From Centroscyllium fabricii (Eukaryota), in contig JBNRSN020000003.1 of NCBI GenBank assembly GCA_051313645.2, positions 79,298,001 to 79,362,000 of the forward strand: a stretch of 64,000 nucleotides of DNA, given 5' to 3'. Position numbers and translations under genes: made by a program. Positions 48,601 to 60,552 of this stretch are shown here, in pieces. Position 1 is the stretch's first letter, and each line of letters begins with the position of its first letter. The notes below the pieces were generated by a model that had not been told where the DNA came from, made no database searches, and saw nothing but the letters and a program-made list of their open reading frames with translations.

Positions 48601-51600
48601 AATTGGTATGCAATGAGAGAGTACAGTGAATGCATATACAATGAGAGGGTACAGAGAATGGGTATACAATGAGAGGTACCATGAATGGGTATACAATAAG
48701 AGGCTACAGTGAATGGGTATACAATGAGAGATACATTGAATGGGTATGCAATGAGGGGTACAGTGAATGGATATACAATGACAGTGTACAGTGAATGGTT
48801 ATACAATGTGGGGTACAGTGAATGGGCAGACAATGAGAGGTACAGCGAACTGGTATACAATGAGTGGCACAGTAAGTAGGTAGACAATGACAAGGTACAA
48901 TGAATGTGTATGCATAGAGAGGATTCAGTGAATGGGTATACAATGGGAGGTACAGTGAATGGGTATTCAGTGAGAGGCACCGTGAATGGGTATACAATGA
49001 GAGGTACAGTGAATGGGTATACAATGAGGGTTAGAGTGAATGGCTATGCATAGAGAGGGTACAGTGAATAGGTATACAATGAGAGAGTACAGTAATGGGT
49101 ATACAATGAGGGGTACAGTGAATGGGTATACAATGAGGGGTACAGTGAATGGGTATACAATGAGTGGTACAGTAAATGGGTATACAATGAGAAGTTACAA
49201 TGAATGGGTATGCATAGAGAGAGTACAATGAATGGGTATGCATAGAGAGGGTACAATAAATGGGTATACAATGGGAAGTTACAATGAATGGGTATGCATA
49301 GAGAGAGTACAATGAATGGGTATGCATAGAGAGAGTACAATGAATGGGTATGCATAGAGAGGGTACAATAAATGGGTATACAATGGGAGGTACAGTGAAA
49401 GGGTATGCAATAAGTGGTACCGTGAATGGGTATACAATGAGAGGGTACAGTGAATGGGTATGCAATGAGAGGGTACAGTGAATGGGTATGCAATGAGAAG
49501 CTACAGTGAATGTGGTAGTACAGTCAAGTAAATGACAATAAAGTGAATATATATTACAGACTGGATGCACAGTTTCCTGATGATGCCCAACACTGGCTGG
49601 GACTACAGTGATTTCCCTACAGTTACTGATTGCTGTGTTTGGACATCATTGCACAGTAAGCACATGGAATGCACTGTTGTTTTGCATATGCACCAATAGC
49701 TTTGATTTGCAGGAACCTGACCATGACTAAAGCTAGCCTACCCCTCATTTATACATTGTGCGAAACGGAGACAGTAACAAACCACAGCAAAATCACTCGA
49801 AGGTGGTGCTCTAATCTTAATGATAGGGTGATGTTTAAATCCCATAAGCCTAGCTCTTCCAGTTGGTATTATTTTAAATATGTTATTTTTGGTGTTAAAA
49901 AAGAAACACCAATTCAACAATTTTGGTTATAGAATTGCAGTTAACTCATATGCATTAGTGGTGATCCATGGATTTGAATACTGCCTACTTCTCATTCATG
50001 GGCTCAGATATGACCATAAGCCATACCTGCAATGTTTGAGCTGCTTATAACCAGCAGATGAATCACAAAGTTGCACCACATCCTTGAAAATTCTAACCAG
50101 TTGATTGGAATAGTACCTCTTTTGTTTTGTGCTCATCAAGATGAGAGATGTTAGTGCTGGGCAAAGGAATTATTCCCAGATACCCACTTATCAGGTTATA
50201 ATATATACTGACTACACTAAACTCTGGCAGTCGGCAGTAGATAATCAATTATTGATATGCTTTGGTTGACATCAGTATTTTTTTTCTTTACTCACCGGTA
50301 AAGAGAGAATGCCCAGCTTCTCTTCCACCACCACTCCCACCACCCCCACCACCCCCCGCAAGCCAGTGTATAGAGTGGAGCCCCCATTATCCTTGTGTGA
50401 TTATCTGCAAACAAGAGTAGTCGGGGACTGTGGCTGTGGCCCAAGTTGTGCTTTTGAATTGATAGGTTGAACTTCATGTTGGACCTTGCATGTTCTGCAG
50501 TGAAGCTCCGGTGTGCATTGTGGGCCCTGTTTAGGTTGGGGATTCTATAATGTACAAGGAATATTAGGAACAGGAGTACGCCATTCAGCTCCTTGAGCCT
50601 GTCCTGCCAATCAATTAGATCATTTATCCATCAAGAAAGTGACCTCGGCTTCACGCTGTTGCTCTCTGCCTCTTCTATTAAACCTGGAGAAGAGCTGGGA
50701 GAAATTTGCAGAAAACAACATGGAAAGGATTTTATTGTTTCCGTCATTTTGCTCCCCATGGGAGTCTTTATATTTTATTCAAACTATGTGTAATTTAATT
50801 TGACTGCCTACAAGTGCAGTTCATTGAAAATTGGAAATGATAAATTCTAGGGAGTAATTATTTTCTATTTTAGCAATTACTATTTGAAATATTTCATAAA
50901 TGTGTTGGGGGAAGCATTAAATTTTCATGGATGCTACTGCAGGCCAAGAGTGGAACAATTACTTCACAGCAAGGTATGCCCACCTGAACCTAAGACTCAT
51001 CACTCATTTATGGAATATTAATGTCATGTGACTGTTAATGACACACACGGTGGGTGTGGAGCTGATTTGGAGTCCGGGGACGTTTCTCAAGGGTTCTTCT
51101 GTTTATTAAACACATGTTTGCTCTAGCATTCCATTTCATTTTCTCCGTGGAAGTACGGAGAGGGCAGATTACTTAGTTACATTTTATTTTAATCAGTGAT
51201 ACTGGCTGCCACTTGGCGGATGGGAGAAATAGAAATTAGCATTTTAAATGTTTGTGGGCGATTGTTCAGCTTCACCTCACATATCCCAGAGGCCTGTGTT
51301 GCATCCAGAGTGTATGTTAAACTCCTGAAACACTGATGCCCCCAACACCAAATTAAACCCCCTCCCTCACCAGCTTACAGTGTTCATTGGGAGTCCCTCA
51401 TGATCCCACAAGGGGCTGGCTGCTGGGGATATATATTTGAAATTATCTTTCCTTTAGTTGACTCATTTAAAAAAAGAAAAAGTGCTTAAGTCTCCATTGA
51501 ACCAGATCTGTGACTGATATTGTTCTTTCATGGGACAAGACACTACCAGAATATTATTTTAAAATAAAATACAATTGTGCAGCAGACCTCAGTACAGTTT

Positions 51601-52340
51601 CCTGAGACACTGCAGGCATCTTGCTTAAACCCAGCTATAGGTTCCTGCTACAGAAAAGATTTAGGGAGCTCCCTAATGAACATCCTAAAATAATACAGCC
51701 CATAAAAGGTTACGACAGGGAGTTTTGCATGAATATTCTTGCCTTCATTATTCTTTTAACAGTGGTACAAAAATATTCATTTGCTTGAATCCCAATATTC
51801 CAGCTAGAGATTCTTCAATAAGAAATAACCAATTATTTTCTAATGCTACTGATTAAAATCAACGATGTTAATTGATTTTTTTAATGGGAAATAATTTGGT
51901 TAATCACAATTTTATTCATTTTTATAATAAAGTACATGCAAATATTGTAAAACAATCTAGTTCAGAAAGTAGAGAGCAGCTCACGCCCAGCCCAAGCCAT
52001 ACACACAGGATACTATTCCACTGAGCTGCACAAGACTCTGGGTTTAAATTCTTTATATTCTTAGAAAACCGCAGAAGACTGTCCAACTATGGGACCCACT
52101 GTAGTTGGTAAACCAGTGGCGATAACCTGTATTTGGGTCTTTTTTCAGAATATTCTGCAGTTTCTGAACTAGCAGTGAGGCTGCGATATGTTAAAGTGGC
52201 AGGTGATTTAAACAGAGGGTAATCACTGACTCATCTTCCAACACTGACTTGGTGCCTGAGCAAGTGTTTTCCACGTGTGCGCTTGGGATTCCCTCCCCCT
52301 CATCGCATTCATTTTAATGGGACAGGAAAATCACAGAGTA

Positions 52341-52520
52341 AATGAAAGAAAGACTTGCATTTATATACCATCTTTCATGTCCTCAGGATGTCCAAAGGTA
52401 CTTTATAGCCAATGAAGTACTTTTGCAGTATAGATACTTTGTAATGTAGGAAATGTGGCAGCCAATTTGTGCACAGCAAGCTCTCACAAACAGCAATGAG
52501 ACAATGATCAGATAATGACC
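52341..52520 (-). mobile_element. Old SINE 3' part with L2-type tail (Deu-SINE family)
   Basis: ACTTGCATTTATAT...CCTCAGGATGTCC...GCAGCCAATTTGTGCACAGCAAG; related to 58875-59284. Confidence 0.6.
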
Positions 52521-52595
52521 CGGATTTTGCAGTGGGGAATGAAGGCAAGCTATCAGCGTTTGCTGTCATTACCCCTCTGAAACTGACCGCAACTT

Positions 52596-53745
52596 AAGAA
52601 CATAAGAAATCGGAGCAGGAGTAGGTCATTTGGCCCTTTGAGCCTGCTCTGCCATTCAATAAGATCATGGCTGATCATCTACCACAACTCCACTTTCCTG
52701 CACTATCATCATATCCCTTGATTCCCTTAATATTCAAAAATCTATCGATCTCTGTCTTGAATATACTCAATGACTGAGTCTTCACAGCCCTCTGGGGTAG
52801 AGAATTCCAAAGATACACCACCCCCTGAGTGAAGACATTTCTCCTCATCTCAGTCCTAAATGGCCGACCCCTTATTCTGAGATTGTGACCCCTGGTTTTA
52901 GACTCCCCAGCCGGGGAAACATCCTCCCTGCATCAACCCTATAAGAATTTTGTATGTTTTAATGAGATCACCTCTCATTATTCTAAACTCCAGAGAATAT
53001 AGGCCTAGTCTACTCAACCTCTCCTCGTAGGACAATCCCCCTGTGATGAAATATATATGTGTTCACCAGCCTATGCTTTCACCTGGACTTACCTGTAATG
53101 TGAGTGCATGTACCACCCACCTTTCTGTTGTATATATTGGGCTCCGCCCCTGCCTTTTGGCTTATAGAGGACTCCAGAATGATATGAGTCATTAGACCTG
53201 GAGAACTCTGTGTGGGATCATGTGCCACAGTTCTTCGTTATTAAAAGCCTTGCTTTAAGTTCTTAAACCTCTCGTTTGTATCTTTGATGGCACATCACCC
53301 CCATCCCAGGAATCAGTTTTGTGCACTCCCTCGATGGCAAGTATATCCTTTCTTAGGTAAGGAGACCAAATCTGTATACAACACTCCAGGTGTGGTCTCA
53401 CCAGGGCCCTATATAATTGCAGAAAGACATCTTTACTCTTATACTCAAATCCTCTTGTAATAAAGGCCAACATACCATTTGCTTTTCTAATTGCTTGCTG
53501 TACCTGCATGTTAACTTTCAGTGATTCGTGTACAAGAACACCTGGGTCCCTCTGAACACCAACTTTTCTCAATCTCTCACCATTTAAAAAAATACTCTGC
53601 TTTTCTATTTTTCTACCAAAGTGGATAACTTTTCTCCACATTATATTCCATTTGCCATGTTCTTGCCCACTCACTGAGCCTGCCTATATCCCCTTGAAAC
53701 CTCCTTTGCATCCTCCTCACAACTTACATTCCGACCCAACTTTGT
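52596..53745 (-). mobile_element. CR1 LINE 3' end, interrupted by a solo LTR
   Basis: ORF 53255-53674(-) LYRALVRPHLE..IQIWSPYLRKDILAIEGV; (TTCTTATG) tail. Confidence 0.9.
53042..53297 (+). mobile_element. Solo LTR (256 bp), probably of the YLDN Gypsy lineage
   Basis: TG...CA termini, TSD CCCCC, ATTAAAAGCC signal and terminal hairpin TGATG-GCA-CATCA as in 34757-35044. Confidence 0.8.
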
Positions 53746-53769
53746 AAACTTCAGGATTTAGCGCATGCG

Positions 53770-54087
53770 CATCCTGCTTGGCCCGGGACTCCTCTGCGTG
53801 GAGTTTGCATGTTCTCTCCGTGTTCGTGTGGGTTTCCTCCGGGTACTCCGGTTTCCTCTCACCACCCAAAGACATGCAGGTTAGGTGAATTGGAGATACT
53901 AAAAATTGCCCGTGAGTATGTGTGTGAGATATAGTTCTTAGAGTTGGGGGTGTCGGGGGATATGGGGAGAGGGTAGGAGGGGGGTGCTTGGGTTTGGATG
54001 ATCAGCCATGATCTCATCAAAAATGGTGGAGCAGGCTCGAGGGGCCGAATGGCCTACTCCTGCTCCTATCTTCTGTGTTTCTGTGTA
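53770..54087 (+). mobile_element. 5'-truncated V-SINE (second subfamily)
   Basis: V-domain and (TTTCTGTG) tail as at 24535. Confidence 0.85.
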
Positions 54088-54681
54088 AACACAGAAATCC
54101 TAAAGCTGAGGTCAGTCATTCATTGCTCTGACACAGGCTGCACTGTGGACCCCCATCCTCCCCGTCCCCCTCCATAACCGGCAATCAGTGAAACTGACCA
54201 ATACTTGAGCTTTTCCACATTATAATCTCTGTTAAATATCCCATTAAATATTAAGCCTTGTTTGGATAGGTGTAACTGGGGTTTTAACAGCATATTGACT
54301 GCTAACAACTGTTCTGGCCCTGAAAAACTTTGTTTTTTATTTGTGGAATGTCAAATTTCATCATTATGATAAAAATTACAATTCTTAATAAAAATGTTGT
54401 TCTACCTTATCCTCATGTGAAAGTCCCAATCTTCATTTCACTCTCTGCAGCATTTAAAAAAAATGTTATTTCCTAGTTTGCTGTCCGTGAGAATTCTTTA
54501 ATGTGATTGGCTGCTTAGACAGCTAAATTATGTCATCGCTCTAAGAATCCCCTATTCACAGCACTATAATCAATTACACATTGAGAAACCGCAAGTTTTC
54601 GCGAGATCTCTGTGGCAGATTTCTTCAAGGTCAGCAGCAAGCACCTTTGCTTCGCCACTGACTGCAAATTATGGGTCAATC

Positions 54682-56060
54682 TTTTTTTTAATTTGCTTAT
54701 GGTATCTGGGCATCGCTGGCAAGGCCAGCATTTATTGCCCATCCCTAGTTGCCCTTGAGAAGATGGTGGTGAACCACCTTCTTGAACCTCTGCAGTCCGT
54801 GTAGTGAAGGTACTCCTACAGTGCTGTTAGGTAGGGAGTTCCAAGATTTTGTCCCAGTGACGATAAAGGATCGGCGATACATTTCTAAGTCAGGATGGTG
54901 TGTGACTTGGAGGGGAACTTGGAGGAGGTGGTGTTCCCATGCGCCAGCTGCCCTTGTCCTTCTAGGTGGAAAAGGTCGCGGGTTTGGGAGGTGCTGCCGA
55001 AGAAGCCTTGGTGAGTTGCTGCAGTGCATCTTGTAGATGGTACGCACTGCAGCCACAGCACGCCGGTGGTGGACGGAGTGAATGTGGTGGATGGGGTGCC
55101 AATCAAGCGGGCTGCTTTGTCCTGGATGGTGTTAAGCTTCTTGAGTGTTGTTTGCGCTGCACTCATCCAGGCAAGTGGAGAGTATTCTATCACACTCCTT
55201 ACCTTGTGCCTTGTAGATAGTGGAAAGGCTTTGGGGAGTCAGGAGGTGAGCCATTTGCTGCAGAATACCTTGCCTCTGACCTGCTCTTGTTGCCACAGTA
55301 TTTATGTGGCTGGTCCAGTTAAGTTTCTGGTTAATGGTGACTCCCCAGGATGTTGATGCTGGGGGATTCAGTGATGGCAATGCCGTTGAATGTCAAGGGG
55401 TGGTGATTAGACTCTCGCTTGTTGGAGATAGTCATTGCCTGGCACTTGTGTGGCGTGAATGTTACCTGCCACTTATCAGCCCAAGCTTGAACTTCGTCCA
55501 GGTCTTGTTGCATGTGGGCATGGACTGTTTCATTATCTGAGGAGTTGTAATGGCATTCAACACTGCGCAGTCATCAGCGAACATCCCCATTTCTGACCTT
55601 ATGTTGGAGGGAAGGTCATTGATGAAGCAGATGTAGATGGTTGGGCCTAGGACATTGCCCTGAGGAACTCTTGCAGCAATGTCCTAGGGCTGTGATGATT
55701 GACCTTCAACCACCACAACCATCTTCCTTTGTGCTAGGCATGACTCCAGCCAGTGGAGTGTCTTCCCTGATTCCCATTGACTTCAGGTTACTAGGGCGCC
55801 TTGATGCCAGACTCTGTCAAATGCTGCCTTGATGTCAAGGACAGTCACCCTCACCTCACCTCTGGAATTGTTTGGACCAAGGCTGGAATGAGGCCGGGAG
55901 CCAAGTGGTCTTTGGTGAAACCCAAACTGGGCATCAGTGAGCAGGTTATCGGTGAGTAGGTGCCGCTTGATAGCACTGTCGATGACACCTTCCATCACTT
56001 TGCTGATGATTGAGAGTAGACTGATGGAACGGTAATTGGCCAGGTTGGATTTGTCCTGCT
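54682..56060 (-). mobile_element. CR1-group (Zenon-like) LINE, decayed RT and 3' end
   Basis: LDIKAAFDRVWHQG, QQDLDEVQAWADKWQV and WNSLP fragments. Confidence 0.82.
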
Positions 56061-56064
56061 GTTT

Positions 56065-56347
56065 TAGTGATGTTGTTTAATGGATAAATATTGGCTGGGA
56101 CATTGGTAGAACTCCCCTGCTCTTCTTCAAATAGTGGCATGGGATCTTTTACTTCCACCTGAGAGGGCAGATGGAGCCTCTGTTTAACGCCTCACCTGAA
56201 AAACAGCACCGCCAACAGTGCAGCACTCCCTTAGTACTGCACTGAAATGTCAGGCTAGATTATGGGCTCAAGTCTCTGGACTGGGGCTTGAACCTACAAC
56301 CTCCTGACTCAGAGGTGAGAAATGCTACCAATGAGCCAAGGCTGACT
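56065..56347 (-). mobile_element. Deu-domain tRNA-derived SINE (SacSINE1-like)
   Basis: Minus-strand head with GGTTCAAGCCCC B box and Deu core CAGTGCAGTACTAAGGGAGTGCTGCACTG. Confidence 0.75.
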
Positions 56348-58596
56348 TCAAATGCATTTGTGTTATTTAATTTCTTTGATGGGGCTGCATTTTCCTTTTT
56401 TTTAAATAAACTGTGGCTTGTTACTGTTAATTACTGTTAATTCTGTAAACTGAAATAGTTTTGCTGCTGTTACAATAAAGGATGTATAAACAGACATCCA
56501 CTTTAATGCGGCTAATTCACGTTTCTAATAGAGTCTGTTTGAAGCACATTAGAATTTTTTATTACATTTCCCATTTTACATTTTTTTTACGGAAATTGAA
56601 GCTGGTTTTAATTAATTCATATGAAAAGCAAAATTGTTAAAATAAGAAATTAAGTTAAATTAAATTAAATTGAGGTTTATTTTATTTTCCCCTCCTGAGA
56701 GTTTAATCCTAGTTGGTATCATGGTGATGCTCTGCTTGCTATTTGATCGGTTTCATACAGACTCACTTGTACTGATTCTATTGCCTACAGCCTTTATGTT
56801 AATTTCAAACATGTTCTGCCCCTGCGGACCTATGATCCTGATATTTTAAAATGTATGATGTGCACTATGACTGTACTATATTCAGGATGTGAAGTGGAAG
56901 ATTGTGAGATCGGCAGTTTAATCCACCTGGAACCTCTGGAATTCACCTGTGAGTTGCCCCGTCCCGTCTCTCCTGGGTAACTGAATATTCCACTTGTTAC
57001 CCTGTGTATTGAATTTGTGGACCAGGTGTAAGGATTTTTAAAATATTATTTTATTAAGATTATTACAAGGGTAGCATTGTGTCAGGTGACTGGTCTCCCA
57101 AGTATCTCCAGACACGGTGGTGGCCATCTTGAAAATTCCTTAAATGAAGTTTGATTTTAAACTCACTAGGCCTTGCTACTAAATGCAATGGTGGTTACTT
57201 CAGAGGGAAACCGTGAAAATTTAACCACAATTCAATTATAGACACAACGATGAATGGGGTGTTACAAGGCAGTGGAATGGACACTGGTTTTTCAACTAGG
57301 TTCAAATCCAGCCCAGATTAATGAGATGAACGTCTCCCCACTCTGCTGGCTGTGAGTTTGGACACTGTCAATCCAGTTTCTCGTGGTTCCAGAGCACTTA
57401 ACGGCTACTAATTAGCATCAAATTGGCAATTTCATTCAGAGAGGCAACAGGAAAATGAAGAAATCTCACACTGGTGTCGGACAGAGATGCTCTTCTGGGG
57501 CAGGAACTGAAACATGTGATTGGGACAAGATATGGGGGAGACTGACAGTTATCTACTGACACTGTATCAGACTTGTGAGTACTTGGTGCTGACACAGGAT
57601 GCAGGAAATAACTTAGTGTCCCACATTCTGATGTACACTGGAATCACAATTTAAAATAAAGGTGAATGAGATTGATATCATCTCACACCCGGTGAGCTGG
57701 TGCTGAAGACTTCAGGTTTTTTAAATATTTTAATTTAGCAAACATTTTCATACTGTCAGAGGTTATGGTGCATACAATAAGGACTAATCCTGCGATCCCA
57801 CACTCCGGGAGGGGATTTTGCTGGAAGTGCGGGAACCTGGCGGGGATTGGCCAGGGTGGGAACCACGTTTTAAGTGAAGTGCAGGTCAGAGACTGGGCTG
57901 CAAGACTGTAGCTCCAGTCCTCCCAGATTTGCTTCCAAGCTTTACTTCCTGCTGGGAGCGTGGGATTGTGGAATTAGCCCTATAGAAGAAGCCCATTCGG
58001 CCAGCGCTGGCTCCTCAAATGGAGCTCCCTACTCCAATCCCATGTCCCTGTCCTTTCACTGTATCCTTCTAGATTCTTTCTTTTCAAACACTTACCCAAT
58101 TCCCTTCTAAATGATGTTATAGTCTCTGCTTCAATAGCCCTCTTGTGGTGAAGCATTCCGTGTTCTAATAACCTTGTGTGAAAAAAATCTGTCTCATCTC
58201 CCCCTGCATTTCTCCAGTCTTATTCCTCAGCCTGTGTCCCTTTGTTACCGATTTGCCAACCAGTGGGAATAATCCTTCACTGTTTAACCTCTCAAAACCT
58301 TTCATAATTTTGAAAAGATTATTATTAGATCCCCATGTGAGGATTACATGGTACTTGTATGTACAATGAAGGGCTAATATAGGCGCATGTATTTCAGTGG
58401 CACCAGCTACGAGGGTTGATAAGAGCCAGCATCCTCCTTTGATAGAAGGGTGGTGGGTCAAGGGCTTGTTTGGCACTGGGTGTAGGTAAGGTTTATTTGA
58501 TGAGTCGTGTCTTTGGGCACTGATGTGGGTAGGGGTAGGAAGACAGCAGGAAAGTGGCATTGTTCCTGGGACTAGGGACAGGGTCACTGGCAAGGC

Positions 58597-58855
58597 TTGG
58601 AAGCTAAGCAGAGCCAGGCCTGGTTAGTACTTGGATGGGTGACCACCAGGGAATACCAGGTGCAGAAGGTCACGAAAGGAGCCCCGGGGAGGGGCGGTTG
58701 GCTGAAGATTGTCGGAATGATGGAAAGATGGAATGGTGGCGCGCACAGATGCAGCGGCTTTGATGGACTCTTGGGAGCTTGCAAGATCACATTTTGTTGT
58801 TTGTGTACTTGTACATTGTATAATGACAATAAAGTTGAATTATTATTATTATTAT
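58597..58855 (+). mobile_element. 5S rRNA-derived SINE (SINE3-type), 5'-truncated, with (TTA)n tail
   Basis: GGAAGCTAAGCAG...GCCTGGTTAGTACTTGGATGGG.GACC...GGGAATACC.GGTGC matches the 3' part of 5S rRNA including the internal control region; followed by a unique body and AATGACAATAAAGTTGAA(TTA)n. Confidence 0.7.
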
Positions 58856-58874
58856 AGTGCAAGGGAGAAGTAAA

Positions 58875-59284
58875 CAAAGAATTTATGTATCTTACCACAT
58901 CCTCAGGACATCGCAAAACATTGCAAAGCCAATTAATTAATTTTGAAATATAGTCACCGCTGTTATGTAGGCAAATGCAGCAGCCAATTTGTATTCAGCA
59001 AGATCCCATAAATGGAGATGAATGATGACCAGGTCACTTTTTTTGGTGGTGCTGGTTGAGGGTGAAATGTTGGCTCAGGCCACCCTGCTCCTCTTCAAGT
59101 AGTGCCATGGAGTATTTTACATCCAGGGTCTTAGTTTAACATCTCATTCTGTGACATTGCAGCACTCACTCAGCACTGCACAGGAGTTGAGCCTAGATTA
59201 TGTGCTGAATTCTTGGAGTTGGACTTTGAACCCATGACCTTATGTGTCCGAGGTGAGGATGTTGCCATTGAGTCACGGATGACA
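58875..59284 (-). mobile_element. Deu-domain SINE, old copy
   Basis: Same L2-type tail, Deu core and tRNA head remnants as 52341 and 56065. Confidence 0.65.
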
Positions 59285-59477
59285 CAAAGAGGCCCCAATT
59301 GCAATATTATCTCAGACATGCCAGAAATGTGACTAACAGCTTGATGATCACATGGATTGATCAGATAGGAAGCAATCAGAACTCATTTGAAATAATAATA
59401 TGCATTAATTTGAAAACTGTGATGGGAGCTTACGAATTCTAAATCAGTAATTGTTCCTGTGCAGAGTTCTTGTCAAC

Positions 59478-59655
59478 TGAAATAAAAACAGTTAATGCTG
59501 GAAATACCCAGCAGGCCAGTCTGTATCTGACCAGAGAAAGGACAGTTTCTGACCCTTCTTTTTTTCTGATGAAGGGTTACAAAGGAAACATTAACCTGTC
59601 TTTTCTCTCTACAGATCCTGACAGCCTGTTGGTGTCTCCAGTATTTTCTGCTTTG
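59478..59655. mobile_element. Old Penelope-derived palindromic element with degenerate hammerhead core
   Basis: Imperfect inverted arms (AAAACAG..AATGCTGGAAATAC.CAGCAGG / CCTGTTGG...TCCAGTATTTTCTG) around CTGATGAAGGG...GAAAC. Confidence 0.5.
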
Positions 59656-59804
59656 GGTGCTGATTTCCAGAAATTTCCGGGTTTTTTTAAAATTAGAAAA
59701 GCCCTGATTTTCATCTAGCCTGCCTTTGACTTCAATGGAGAGTAAAATTGGATGGGTTTGTAAACCGACTGTCTGACCTGAACCTGGGTGGATTGGTTCA
59801 AATC

Positions 59805-60552
59805 CGAGGCTGAACCAGACTGTTCGCAACCTTGGTGTCGTATTTGACCCTGAGATAAGCTTCTGACCACATATCCACTCCATCACCAAGACCGCCTATT
59901 TGCACCTCCGTAACATCGCCCGACTCGGCCCTACCTCAGCTCATCTGCTGCTGAAACCGTCATCCTTTGTTACCTCTAGACTTGACTATTCCAACACACT
60001 CCTGGCCAGCCTCCCATCGTTTACTCTCCGTAAACTTGAGGTCATCCAAAAACTCTGCTGCCCATATCCCAACTCACACCAAATCCCATTCACCCATCAC
60101 TCCTATGCTCACTGACCTACATTGGCTCCCGGTTAAGCAACGCCTCAATTTTAAAATTCTCATCCTTGTTTTCAAATCCCTCCGTGGCCTTGCCCCCTCC
60201 CTATCTCTAACCTCCTTTAGCCCCACAACCCTCTGATATATCTGCGCTCCTCCAATTCTGGTCTCTTGAGTCTCTCAGATTTTAATCACTTCACCATTGG
60301 CGGCTGTGCCTTCAGCTGCCTAGGTCCTAAGCTCTGGAATTCCCTCCCTAAACCTCTCCGTCTCTCTACCTCTCTTTCCTCCTTTGCAACACTCCTTAAA
60401 ACCGACCTCACAGACCAAGCTTTTGATCATCTGCCCTAATATCTCCTTATGTGGCTCGGTGTCAAATTTTGTTTGATAATGCTCCCATGCAGTGCCTTGG
60501 GATGTTCTACTATGTTAAAGGTACTATATAAATACAAGTTGTTATTGTTGTA
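59805..60552 (+). mobile_element. L2 LINE 3' end
   Basis: VRNLGV.FDP, FVTSRLDYSN, PITPMLTDLHWLPVKQRLNFKIL and WNSLP fragments; TATATAAATACAAG(TTG)n tail. Confidence 0.88.

Larger units (their letters stand above)
1..49512 (+). repeat. Degenerate 27-28-bp tandem satellite, consensus ACAGTGAATGGGTATACAATGAG(A)GGGT, in about 17 blocks separated by TE insertions; runs off the left edge of the window
   Basis: Monomer is directly readable in blocks such as 1-440, 658-2540, 14424-16565, 22757-27890, 41165-44095 and 45636-49512. All blocks share one orientation. Summed block length is about 18-19 kb by my boundary estimates. Confidence 0.97.

Noticed and set aside
1-49512. Telomeric repeat
   Set aside because: G-rich strand bias, but no (TTAGGG)n tract; a subtelomeric location cannot be inferred from this window.
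57265-57390. Possible LF-SINE-like relic
   Set aside because: Only a B-box-like GGTTCAAATCC and loose resemblance; needs a profile HMM search to support.
58597-58670. 5S rRNA gene
   Set aside because: 5' part missing, several substitutions, no terminator, followed by a retroposon tail.
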